Below, in pieces: positions 9,414-18,067 of a stretch of DNA of 64,000 nt (position 1 is its first letter; every line of letters begins with the position of its first letter). A program made the position numbers and the translations under genes. The DNA comes from Eubacteriales bacterium (lineage in GTDB: Bacteria; Bacillota; Clostridia; Oscillospirales; CAG-272), in contig JAZQMQ010000023.1 in NCBI GenBank assembly GCA_045543555.1, positions 5,446 to 69,445 on the forward strand. Reading direction: 5' to 3'. Below the pieces are notes generated by a model. The model saw only the letters and a program-made list of their open reading frames with translations, was not told the origin of the DNA and ran no database searches.

Positions 9414-10129
9414 TGAGAATACTCATAACAAATGACGATGGCATTCATTCCCCCGTTCTTCCTCTTCTTGCAAAATGGGTTGAGAGATTAGGCGAGGTTA
9501 CCATCGCTGCTCCCAAGGCAGAACAAAGCGGAAAGAGTCAAGCGATCAATTTTACCCATGATATCGAGATCACCAAGGTGGAGATCGCGACCGGGATAAC
9601 AGGTTACGCGGTAGACTCAACTCCCGCGGACTGTGTGCGCTTTGGAGTACACGGACTTAAGCAGAATTACGACCTGATCATATCGGGTATAAATCGCGGA
9701 TATAATCTTGGCGACGATATTGTATATTCCGGCACCTGCGGTGCAATTTTTGAAGGCGCAAGAATGGGAATAAACGGTCTTGCCGTTTCATCGGATGTTG
9801 ATGATCTTATGAATGCTCCCGATTATATGGAAAGAATTTGGGAATTTATCAAGGAAAAAGAGCTTTATACTCATAATCCGATATATAACGTGAATATTCC
9901 CCCCAATCCCCGAGGCATCAGGATCACAAAGCAAGGCGGTATGTATTACTGTGACACCTTCACACACAAAGGCGGGCATCTGTACGTACAAACGGGCGAT
10001 ATTAAGCAGGATTCGGGAAACGATCCCACCTCCGATATAAATACGGTGCGCGAAGGTGTAATATCGGTAACACCCCTTATCGCGACCCGCACCGAAATGT
10101 CCGTATTTAAAAAATTGGGTTCAATTTAA
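9413..10129 (+). CDS. surE: 5'/3'-nucleotidase SurE
   Basis: MRILITNDDG, QSG, TPADCV, SGINxGxNLG, YSGT; TAATG overlap with the upstream stop. Confidence 0.92.
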   Translation: MRILITNDDGIHSPVLPLLAKWVERLGEVTIAAPKAEQSGKSQAINFTHDIEITKVEIATGITGYAVDSTPADCVRFGVHGLKQNYDLIISGINRGYNLGDDIVYSGTCGAIFEGARMGINGLAVSSDVDDLMNAPDYMERIWEFIKEKELYTHNPIYNVNIPPNPRGIRITKQGGMYYCDTFTHKGGHLYVQTGDIKQDSGNDPTSDINTVREGVISVTPLIATRTEMSVFKKLGSI

Positions 10130-10130
10130 T

Positions 10131-10173
10131 ATAAAAAGATCTGTAAATATCAATAATTTACAGATTTTTTTAT
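10131..10173. terminator. AT-rich bidirectional terminator between the convergent units
   Basis: ATAAAAAGATCTGTAAAT-loop-ATTTACAGATTTTTTTAT. Confidence 0.55.
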
Positions 10174-10287
10174 ATTTATGCGGCGCGGAGCCACTCGTTT
10201 TTGGGAACGTAATAGTAAATATTTACATTTAGTGTTTGTCTCTGACAGAAGCTTGCGAACGCTACCGAAACATAAGGAGAGGGCCCT

Positions 10288-10668
10288 TTATTGCTGACGA
10301 GCCGTTTGTCGCATAACCGAAGCGCTCTCCTCAATCGTAAATACAACCGAATCGCTAAAATCTTGATAAAGTGCAGTTGCTGTGGATACACCAGACCTTA
10401 CAGCCACCACTATTCCATATTCATCGACCGTGACTGCATCCCCTTCAACCGTCCAGACTATCTCCGACAGTGAAATCTCGTATGGCTCCACCACAAGCAG
10501 ACACACGTCGCCAATGCCAAGTGTTCGGCCCTCCTCCCCCTCTATTTCCAATGAGGTCATCGGAATTTTGCCGTTTTTTTCGGATCCTCCTGTGCTACAG
10601 CCCGAAATTAGCGAGAGCATCATCACTATCGCCACAAGCGTTGCAGTAAGCTTAGAAAACAATTTCAT
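10288..10668 (-). CDS. Small lipoprotein with one Ig-like (Big_2-like) domain, possibly truncated
   Basis: Signal peptide ending LISGC; IVWTV...VTVDEYGIVVAV..G.STATA pattern. Confidence 0.6.
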   Translation of the reverse strand: MKLFSKLTATLVAIVMMLSLISGCSTGGSEKNGKIPMTSLEIEGEEGRTLGIGDVCLLVVEPYEISLSEIVWTVEGDAVTVDEYGIVVAVRSGVSTATALYQDFSDSVVFTIEESASVMRQTARQQ

Positions 10669-10773
10669 AATTTCCCCGTTATTGCATATCTTCTTTTATT
10701 ATGCGATAATATTCTATCTTTTTTCCGATATAGTCAAGTGCTAAATGTATGTTTACCGTCTCTTTTATCGAGA

Positions 10774-10801
10774 AAGGACCGCATCCTGAGATGCGGTCCT
10801 T
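10774..10801 (-). terminator. Hairpin ending the ABC/nuclease operon
   Basis: AAGGACCGCATC-ctga-GATGCGGTCCTT; weak U tract. Confidence 0.5.
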
Positions 10802-10834
10802 AGACATGCGCTTAATTATAAAGCAAACCTAGTA

Positions 10835-13027
10835 TTACTCGATAACAGCGGTAGCGCCCTGAGCGATCTGTCTGTTACCGTTGTAGGTTGCCATCTTACC
10901 GGTGATGGTAATAACGTCGCCTACGTTAACATTTGTTGCAAGTCTGTAAACGTAAAGGCTGTCGGTGCCGTCAGTGATGGTAACGGTAATGTTGCCGTAC
11001 TGATCGGACCAAGGAGTATTGATCTCGGAAACGGTACCCTTAACGAGAATCTCGGTGCCGTCTGCTGCAGCAAGAGCTTCAGCGATGGTGATAACGGTAG
11101 GAGCTACGGGCTCACTAACAACAGCGGTAGCACCCTGTGCAACCTGTCTCTTGTTATTGTAAGTGCCCATCTTACCGGTAATGGTAACAAAGTCACCTAC
11201 ATTAACGTTGGTTGCAAGTCTGTAGATGTAAAGGGTATTGCCTTCAGCATCTTCGATGGTAACGGTGATGTTGCCGTACTGATCGGACCAAGCGGTGTTG
11301 ATCTCCTTAACAGTACCGGCAACGATGATTCTTGTGCCGTCAGCGGTCTGTATTGCCTCGGGAATGGTAACCTTAACGGGTGCGGGATCGTCTATTGTTG
11401 CGGTAGCGCCCTGTGCAACCTGTCTGTTGCCGTTGTAGGTTGCCATATTACCGGTAACGGTGATAACGTCGCCTACGTTAACCTTGGTGGAAAGTCTGTA
11501 AATGTAAAGGGTGTTGGTTCCGTCGGTGATGGTAACGGTGATGTTGCCGTACTGATCGGACCAAGGAGTATTGATCTCCTTAACAGTACCCTGAACTACG
11601 ATCTTGGTGCCGTCAGCCATATTGAGAACGTCTTCAATGGGCATCGGACCCTTGGCAAGACTAATATTGAAGGTCTTGCTCTCGGAAGCGTTACCGCAGG
11701 TAGCGGTTACAGTAATCTTAACGGTAGTTGCATCATCGGGAACGGTGATGGTAAGCTTGCCGTCAGCAACGACTGCGCAATCCTTGTCACTTGTCCAGGT
11801 GAGAACAACGTTTTCAAAGTACTTACCATTGAGGGAGAGGTCAACAACTGCATTTGCACTGAATGCGGAGGGGAGTGTGAGAGCATCAAGCTCGGTAGCA
11901 ACCTTCTCTGCGTCGGTCTTCTCTACGAGTTCGATATACTCAAAGCAATCGGTGCTCATAGGAATGAGATAAGGATTGCCGCTGAAGAGTACGAGGATAC
12001 CGGAAGCGTTAGCAGTCCAGCCGAACTTTTCTGCGTGAGCGGTATCGATTGCGGTCTTATCCGCACTTGTTATGTTACCGTCTGCATCCTTAACTATGGA
12101 GAGAGTGGTGGGGAAGTCGGTGATGTAGGTTCTGATGTAGCTCTCCTTACCGTTGAGAGAGAAGTTGAGGTACTGGCTTGTTGCGGTAGCAAGATCCTGA
12201 GTGCCGATCTCAACGCCCTTGATTACTACGGGAAGACCTACGTAGTTCACAAGAGAATCACCGTTCTTAAATGCGTCGGTGATATCAAGAGGAGCAACGT
12301 CCTTCTTGTTCTTGTCAATAATTCTTGCTACGCCGCCCTTGATCTCCTGCATTCCGGAGTAAGGAGCAACGGGGCCGCTTACAGCAACGGTCATACCGAT
12401 CTCGATACCAAGATCCTTAACGGGATCCTGCTCCATCTGATAGGAGTAGTAACCGCCCTTGCCGTCAACGTCCGCAAGGAAGATATGGTTTCTGGAGTTA
12501 CCTGCAGCCTTGGAGTTGAGAGCAACTACGATACCGCAAACGGTAACCTGATCGCCTTCCTTGGCAGCCATGTAGTCTTCGAAGCTGACTACGTCATACT
12601 TGGGAACTACAACATTAAAGGTGAGGGTATCAGATGTTCCGTCGCCTGCCTTAACAGTAGCTGTGAGGGTGAAATTAATGTCTTCGGGGGTCTTTTCGTT
12701 AATGTCGATCACGGTGGGGTTAGTACCGGAGCCCTGAACAACCTTAACCTTAGTGGTGTCTGTTTCGCTTACGGTCCAAACAACGTCGTAGATAACGCCT
12801 GCGATCGGAACGGAGGAAACACGCTCAAAGTCAGCGTACTTTGTAACAACGCCAACGTCGGAGCCTTCGGGCTTAACTTCTTCGCCTATGTAAAGGGACT
12901 TTACGTAGGCAACTGCCTTGTCGAGCTTGTAGGTAACATTCGGCTTTTTATCCGACTTGTTATTGCATGCGGTGAAAACAGCGATGCATGTTACAAGCGC
13001 AAGAAGAAAAACTAATAGTTTTTTCAT
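10835..13027 (-). CDS. Surface lipoprotein (730 aa) with Ig-like and multiple OB-fold domains, putative nucleic-acid capture protein
   Basis: Lipobox VFTAC (Cys21). Three C-terminal repeats 'GTVxEINTxWSDQYGNITVTIxD...LYIYRL..NVGDxITITG.M.TYN..RQ.AQGA' and an internal OB-like segment 'VTVCGIV...IEIGMTVAVSG...YSGMQEI'. Confidence 0.75.
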   Translation of the reverse strand: MKKLLVFLLALVTCIAVFTACNNKSDKKPNVTYKLDKAVAYVKSLYIGEEVKPEGSDVGVVTKYADFERVSSVPIAGVIYDVVWTVSETDTTKVKVVQGSGTNPTVIDINEKTPEDINFTLTATVKAGDGTSDTLTFNVVVPKYDVVSFEDYMAAKEGDQVTVCGIVVALNSKAAGNSRNHIFLADVDGKGGYYSYQMEQDPVKDLGIEIGMTVAVSGPVAPYSGMQEIKGGVARIIDKNKKDVAPLDITDAFKNGDSLVNYVGLPVVIKGVEIGTQDLATATSQYLNFSLNGKESYIRTYITDFPTTLSIVKDADGNITSADKTAIDTAHAEKFGWTANASGILVLFSGNPYLIPMSTDCFEYIELVEKTDAEKVATELDALTLPSAFSANAVVDLSLNGKYFENVVLTWTSDKDCAVVADGKLTITVPDDATTVKITVTATCGNASESKTFNISLAKGPMPIEDVLNMADGTKIVVQGTVKEINTPWSDQYGNITVTITDGTNTLYIYRLSTKVNVGDVITVTGNMATYNGNRQVAQGATATIDDPAPVKVTIPEAIQTADGTRIIVAGTVKEINTAWSDQYGNITVTIEDAEGNTLYIYRLATNVNVGDFVTITGKMGTYNNKRQVAQGATAVVSEPVAPTVITIAEALAAADGTEILVKGTVSEINTPWSDQYGNITVTITDGTDSLYVYRLATNVNVGDVITITGKMATYNGNRQIAQGATAVIE
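10838..11645 (-). repeat. Three intragenic tandem repeats of about 270-280 bp encoding OB-fold modules
   Basis: GTTGCCGTACTGATCGGACCAAG recurs near 10991, 11270 and 11543, with conserved flanks. Confidence 0.85.
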
Positions 13028-13099
13028 GGGAGATCTCCTTTTGTTTTTTTATTCTAAATTAATTGAAATTAATTAATTTACTTTGGATCTTAATTCTGA

Positions 13100-14413
13100 T
13101 CAATGGAATTCAATATCGTTAAGAGAGTAGGATTCGATTTGGTACGTGCCATAGAACAAGTCAACCACACCTCTGATGTTGATGGTCTTTCCTAAGAAAT
13201 ACTCCTCGGTGATCGGCTGATTGAACTCATCGTAAATAGCAGGCATATGAAGCTGAACCTCAATGCCGTTTACGTCACAGTAGATGGTCAGCGCGTCGCT
13301 GTTTTGAGCAGGCTTTACGCTCTTGACTCTGAGATCCTTCATCGAAACGGTAGTGCCGAGCATAAGATGCGCAATTCTGAATTCCGTTTCATCGTCGCCT
13401 ACCGACATTTTTTCTTTAGCATTGACAAACAGATCACCCGATATCTCGGTGTAATCAATTTTATTGCCTTCGCTGAGTTTTTTCATCTGGAATTCATTTT
13501 TCGGATCTCTTGCATTGTACACAAGACCTGATATCTGAGGATTTTCGGGATCAAAGTCCGATATCTTGCCAACAACTCTTACCAAATTACCTTCTGTAAG
13601 CATTGGCTTGACACCGTACGACGGATTTGCGCTGTAATAAACGTACACGCCGTAGTACCTTTGAGTCTCCTCATCATAGCTTTGGATATACACACCGTTA
13701 TTTCCGTCGTTGCGAGTAACGATGCCCTCTACAGCAACAGTTGTAGCAATGTAATCGTTGATGCTGAGACGAAGCTCCTTTAACGTCATGCGAACAGCCT
13801 CTCCGTAGAAGAAATCGGGGTCTGCTTTGCCGGAATGAACGTAGAGCTTATTGTCTCTTGCCTGATTGAAGGCCTTCATACAAAGCTTGCCATAGCGATT
13901 GTCGGCTGCATTTGAGCCAACCGCCAAGCCGTTTTGAAGTATTTCAAGATTAAGATTGCGATAATCACTGTCGGCTGAGGTCCTATACCATACCCATACC
14001 ATAAATCTTGAACCTGTGGAGTCTGGATTCCAATTGCCGTCATCCGATTCAATTATAATGGATTCTGCATTGTTCAGGGCATTTTTGGTAAAATCAGAAG
14101 CAGCTCGTCCCCACTCCTCGATCTTACCTGTGGATTCGGGTGTGTTGATCGCCATATATCTTGCCTTAAAATATCCGTCTGCCTTTGCGACATCGGGGAG
14201 CTTGGAGGGATCCTTGAATTTGAAATGCGTTGTATCGCCGTCTATGTTTTTGTAAACGGCGACCTCCTGCTTCAGAGAATCGGACGTCATATCCAGCTTA
14301 AGCTTGGATACGTAATCCTCTTTCTTGTCACCGCAGGCGGTGAAGCATGAGATTATTGTGCAAACAAACAGGGCCAGCGAACAAAGCTTTATAATTATGC
14401 TTGTTTTTTTCAT
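13100..14413 (-). CDS. Thermonuclease (SNase-family) lipoprotein with two C-terminal OB-like domains
   Basis: Lipobox FTAC (Cys27); IDGDT, RYMAINTPE, EEWGxxAS, GSRFMVWVW, NLEILQNGLA. Confidence 0.82.
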   Translation of the reverse strand: MKKTSIIIKLCSLALFVCTIISCFTACGDKKEDYVSKLKLDMTSDSLKQEVAVYKNIDGDTTHFKFKDPSKLPDVAKADGYFKARYMAINTPESTGKIEEWGRAASDFTKNALNNAESIIIESDDGNWNPDSTGSRFMVWVWYRTSADSDYRNLNLEILQNGLAVGSNAADNRYGKLCMKAFNQARDNKLYVHSGKADPDFFYGEAVRMTLKELRLSINDYIATTVAVEGIVTRNDGNNGVYIQSYDEETQRYYGVYVYYSANPSYGVKPMLTEGNLVRVVGKISDFDPENPQISGLVYNARDPKNEFQMKKLSEGNKIDYTEISGDLFVNAKEKMSVGDDETEFRIAHLMLGTTVSMKDLRVKSVKPAQNSDALTIYCDVNGIEVQLHMPAIYDEFNQPITEEYFLGKTINIRGVVDLFYGTYQIESYSLNDIEFH

Positions 14414-14422
14414 ACTCGGTAA

Positions 14423-15994
14423 TTATTGAGCGTGATACTTACACTCATCAATAGCCTTTTTAAAGAGCTTCTTTATATCTCCCATTACGTCTGTGGATGT
14501 AGCGGGAAGCTTGAATGCAGACTGGATAAGCTTACCAACCTCGTCACGAGCCTTTGCGGAGCCGTTGAATGCGGGAGAAGTGTAGTAGTAGTTCTCCTGC
14601 TCAAGACAAGTCTTAACAGAGAGAGCAGCGATGTTATCTCCGCCGTCGGCATTTGCAAGGAAATCAGCGTAGATCTCGTCGGTATTTACCGATTTGATAA
14701 CCGGAACGTATCCGGATTCACGGGAGAAGTCTGCCTGGAATGCAACGTTTGTGCAAAGGAACTTAACGAAGAGCCAAGATGCCTTCATCTCTTCCTCGGA
14801 CGCCTCAAAAATGCAGAGGGAGGGACCCTGGGAAATAACCTTGGGGTTTTCCTTGTTGTACTGAGGAATAGGAGTGATGCCTACCTCGAAGGGATATTTG
14901 CCGTCTGTTCCTACTGCGGGACGCTGATGAGTTGCGCCTGCGGAGGAACCGATGGACATATAGGATTTTGTACCGGTCTTAGCGGTAAAGAGCGAGGATG
15001 TGTAAGAGCCGTGGATCTCCTGTGTGGTTACGTAACCCTTGAGATACCATTCTCTGAATTTTGCAACGAAATTGTGGTGTGCCTCGGTATCGAAGAGGAA
15101 CTTTTCACCTTCGGAGCTGGTGTAGGGGAGTCCCATCTGCTCACACATGGTGATGAACCAGTTTGCCTCGGAGTCGTAACCAAGCGGAATTACCTGCGCG
15201 AGCTTCTTGCCGTCCTTGTCCAGATAGATCTTGTAGCCGTTCTTGGTGGTTTCGATCTTTGCGGCGTCTGCCTTGGTCTTATCGGAAAGTCTGTCGTTCT
15301 CGATTCCTATGATGCGCTCGCAAATAAGCTCCATTTCATCCCAAGTGGTAGGAACGAAAATGTTGTACATCTCATTTCCCTTGTTGAGGTTGGGCTTGTT
15401 GCCGTCTACGGGGTTTCCGTTGAGGTCAAGAGCAACGTCGGAGGTATATACCTTTTGTGCAACCTCAAAATATGTCTTGTTGTAGTAGAGGACCTCTGTT
15501 GACTTGGAAAGAGGCATGGTGTACATAAGTCCGTCACCGAACTGCTTACCTTCCTCATAATAAGCCTGAATGAAGTCAGCCTTCTGCTCTTCGGTAAGGC
15601 CGAGAATCTCGGTGGTACCGTCAGCTCTTTCAACTACCTCGTCGCTGTCGATGTAGTCATCGAGAGTTTTAACGGCGAGAGCGAGGTTGTACAGAGCAAC
15701 GTGGTCGGGATAGCAGTAAGCGATGTTAGGCTGCTTTCCTGCGGTGATCTCAGTCGCGATCTGGTCGCGAACGTCCTCGTATCCGCCTATTTGCTCGTGG
15801 TCGATTTTGTACTGGGGATAAAGAGCTTCAAACTCCTTAATGTACTGGTTGAGTACCTTTCTTAAGCCTTCTCCCATCGTGTGGTAGAATCTGATGTGGA
15901 TCTTTCCGTCATTTGTCTTGTTGCAGCTTGCAAGGCCGAGACACGCAGACAGAAGCATGGTTGCGATTAGAATGAAAGCGATTATTCTTTTCAT
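14423..15994 (-). CDS. ABC transporter substrate-binding lipoprotein (CUT1/SBP_bac_1-like)
   Basis: Signal MKRIIAF...LASC, F/YH.M N-terminal motif, PLSKSTEVLYYNK, PTTWDE. ATG 15994 follows AAAGGA. Confidence 0.88.
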   Translation of the reverse strand: MKRIIAFILIATMLLSACLGLASCNKTNDGKIHIRFYHTMGEGLRKVLNQYIKEFEALYPQYKIDHEQIGGYEDVRDQIATEITAGKQPNIAYCYPDHVALYNLALAVKTLDDYIDSDEVVERADGTTEILGLTEEQKADFIQAYYEEGKQFGDGLMYTMPLSKSTEVLYYNKTYFEVAQKVYTSDVALDLNGNPVDGNKPNLNKGNEMYNIFVPTTWDEMELICERIIGIENDRLSDKTKADAAKIETTKNGYKIYLDKDGKKLAQVIPLGYDSEANWFITMCEQMGLPYTSSEGEKFLFDTEAHHNFVAKFREWYLKGYVTTQEIHGSYTSSLFTAKTGTKSYMSIGSSAGATHQRPAVGTDGKYPFEVGITPIPQYNKENPKVISQGPSLCIFEASEEEMKASWLFVKFLCTNVAFQADFSRESGYVPVIKSVNTDEIYADFLANADGGDNIAALSVKTCLEQENYYYTSPAFNGSAKARDEVGKLIQSAFKLPATSTDVMGDIKKLFKKAIDECKYHAQ

Positions 15995-16089
15995 TGGGGG
16001 AGTCCTTTCTGAAAAATATTTTTTGTTAAGCATTACTGCATTTAACACCAGAGTTTTATCCGGAATGCCGATGTGCAAAAACGGATATT

Positions 16090-17094
16090 TTAACCCTTGA
16101 TTCCGCTTCTCGAAACACCCTTCATAATATATTTACGAAGGAAGAGGAAAACAAGGAAGAGAGGAAGCGACACGATTGCAACAGCCGCCATCTGTCTCGG
16201 GTAATGGATCATGTTGTCGACGGTAAAGTCGGCACCGCGAAGTCCATTCGTAATGAGCTTATGTGCGTCATCGTTTGCAACGAGTCTCGGCCAAACGTAT
16301 GAGTTCCACGCGCCCATCATCTTGAGTATTGTGATAGATATGATAGTAGGAAGCGCCAGAGGTATCATTACCTTCCAAAGATACTTCAGGTCCTTTGTGC
16401 CGTCGACCTTAGCCGCAAGATACAGCTCATTTGGTATCTGCATAAAATTCTGCTTGAGAAGATATATGTAGAACACGCTTACGAGGAAAGGAACGATAAG
16501 GACCGTATAGGTGTTTGACCAGTTTCCGAGCTGCATCAGGAAATCGGAATTCATTTCACGTCCAAGGGTGTTTAGACCGAGGAAGTTATTTATTGTCTGG
16601 TAGTTAGTGATGGTAAAAAGCTCTCCCGGTATCATCATGGTTGCCAGCAATGCTGCAAACAGTGCGTTTTTTCCCTTGAATTCGAGTCTCGCAAATGCGA
16701 AAGCAGAAATTACAGTGATCACAAGTGAAAGTATGGTGGAAACCACACCAACGTACACGGTATTCAGGAACAGCTGACCTAAATTCGCGATCTTGAAGCC
16801 CTGAATGTAATTTTCAAAGTGGAATTGTGTCGGGAACATTGTGGGAATAGCGCGGTTGTATTCCTCAAGAGACTTGACAGAGGATATCAGCATCCAATAA
16901 AACGGGAAAAGTACGATTATAGCCATTGTCAGCAAAAATGCGTAAAGCGCGATCTTTACAAACATCTTTACGACCTTCTGCTTGGCTGATACCTTGTTCA
17001 TATCTCTTTCTGCCATAACGGTTATGGCAGATGCGGAGGCGGGAGCTGAGTCTTCGGCTTCGTTCAGTCGAATATTTTTGTTGTTTTCAGACAT
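16090..17094 (-). CDS. ABC transporter permease (MalG/UgpE-like)
   Basis: PFYWM, AFAFARL, EAA-type loop IPNELYLAAKVDG, WNSYVWP. Confidence 0.9.
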   Translation of the reverse strand: MSENNKNIRLNEAEDSAPASASAITVMAERDMNKVSAKQKVVKMFVKIALYAFLLTMAIIVLFPFYWMLISSVKSLEEYNRAIPTMFPTQFHFENYIQGFKIANLGQLFLNTVYVGVVSTILSLVITVISAFAFARLEFKGKNALFAALLATMMIPGELFTITNYQTINNFLGLNTLGREMNSDFLMQLGNWSNTYTVLIVPFLVSVFYIYLLKQNFMQIPNELYLAAKVDGTKDLKYLWKVMIPLALPTIISITILKMMGAWNSYVWPRLVANDDAHKLITNGLRGADFTVDNMIHYPRQMAAVAIVSLPLFLVFLFLRKYIMKGVSRSGIKG

Positions 17095-17109
17095 TTGTGC
17101 AGCCTCCTA

Positions 17110-18066
17110 TCAATAGTGTGTTTTTTTCTTTGAAACGTAAAGATTTATCATCGTAACGACGAATATAATTCCAAAGAGTATAAGAGCAGCTGCGCTTGCA
17201 CGTCCCAGATGCTGCTGAGGAAGTGCATTGTAAATGAATCCGACCATTGTATTCAGTCTGCCCGCATCTCCGACGGGCCCCATACTGTCACCGAATACGC
17301 CGACGATGGACGAATACTCCTTAAATCCTCCGATGAAGCCCGTTATAACAACGTATGCAAGCATTGGGGAAAGAAGCGGAACAGTGATTTTCGTGAAAAC
17401 TCTGAATCGGGATGTGCCGTCAACCTTTGCGGCATCGTAATACTGCTTGTTAACGCTCTGCAGACCGCCGAGAAGAATGAGAATCTTGAACGGAAGTGCG
17501 TTCCATACTATGTAGATAACCATTACAACGTAGTTTGGCCACGTGCCCGAGCCCGTTCCCATCCAGTCGATAGGCTCACCGCCAAACCAACCGATAATAT
17601 TGTTAACGATACCGTAGGAGTCAACCAGACCCGAATCAAAATTACCGATAACCGAGAACATAGCCGCAAATACCATACCGATAGCGATGGAATTGGTTAC
17701 GTAGGGAAGGAAGAAAATGGTCTGAATAAATTTTGAAAGGAATTTGATCGAATTCAGACAAACCGCGATAACCAAAGCCAAAATAGTTGATATCGGAACT
17801 GTCAGAACGCAAAGAAGAAGCGTATTTGTAAGACATTTGATGAAGTCGGGATACTGCGCAACCTTAACGAAGTTGCCAAATCCGAAATCGAAGTGATATC
17901 CGCCGGGACGGTTTGCAAGCAGTGAGTTGTAGCCTTCTAAGAGCGATATTCTAATCGTGTTGAAGATAGGCCATACCGTGAATATGAGCAGAAGGATTAT
18001 GGCAGGAGAAAGATAAAACCAACCCTTCCACTTATCGAACTTGATTTTCTGTAAGAAGCCTGCCAT
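17110..18066 (-). CDS. ABC transporter permease (MalF/UgpA-like)
   Basis: FFLPYV, EAA-type loop YYDAAKVDG, ITVPLLSP, multiple TM segments. Confidence 0.9.
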   Translation of the reverse strand: MAGFLQKIKFDKWKGWFYLSPAIILLLIFTVWPIFNTIRISLLEGYNSLLANRPGGYHFDFGFGNFVKVAQYPDFIKCLTNTLLLCVLTVPISTILALVIAVCLNSIKFLSKFIQTIFFLPYVTNSIAIGMVFAAMFSVIGNFDSGLVDSYGIVNNIIGWFGGEPIDWMGTGSGTWPNYVVMVIYIVWNALPFKILILLGGLQSVNKQYYDAAKVDGTSRFRVFTKITVPLLSPMLAYVVITGFIGGFKEYSSIVGVFGDSMGPVGDAGRLNTMVGFIYNALPQQHLGRASAAALILFGIIFVVTMINLYVSKKKTHY

Positions 18067-18067
18067 A

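Noticed and set aside
10838-11645. Recurrent ~23-36 bp identical blocks as a CRISPR array or DGR template/variable repeats
   Set aside because: Spacing is about 275 bp, in frame and inside a CDS, with conserved intervening sequence. No cas or reverse transcriptase gene is in the window.
12035-15502. Long plus-strand ORFs 12035-13015 and 14426-15502
   Set aside because: Antisense shadows of codon-biased minus-strand lipoprotein genes; no motifs recognised.
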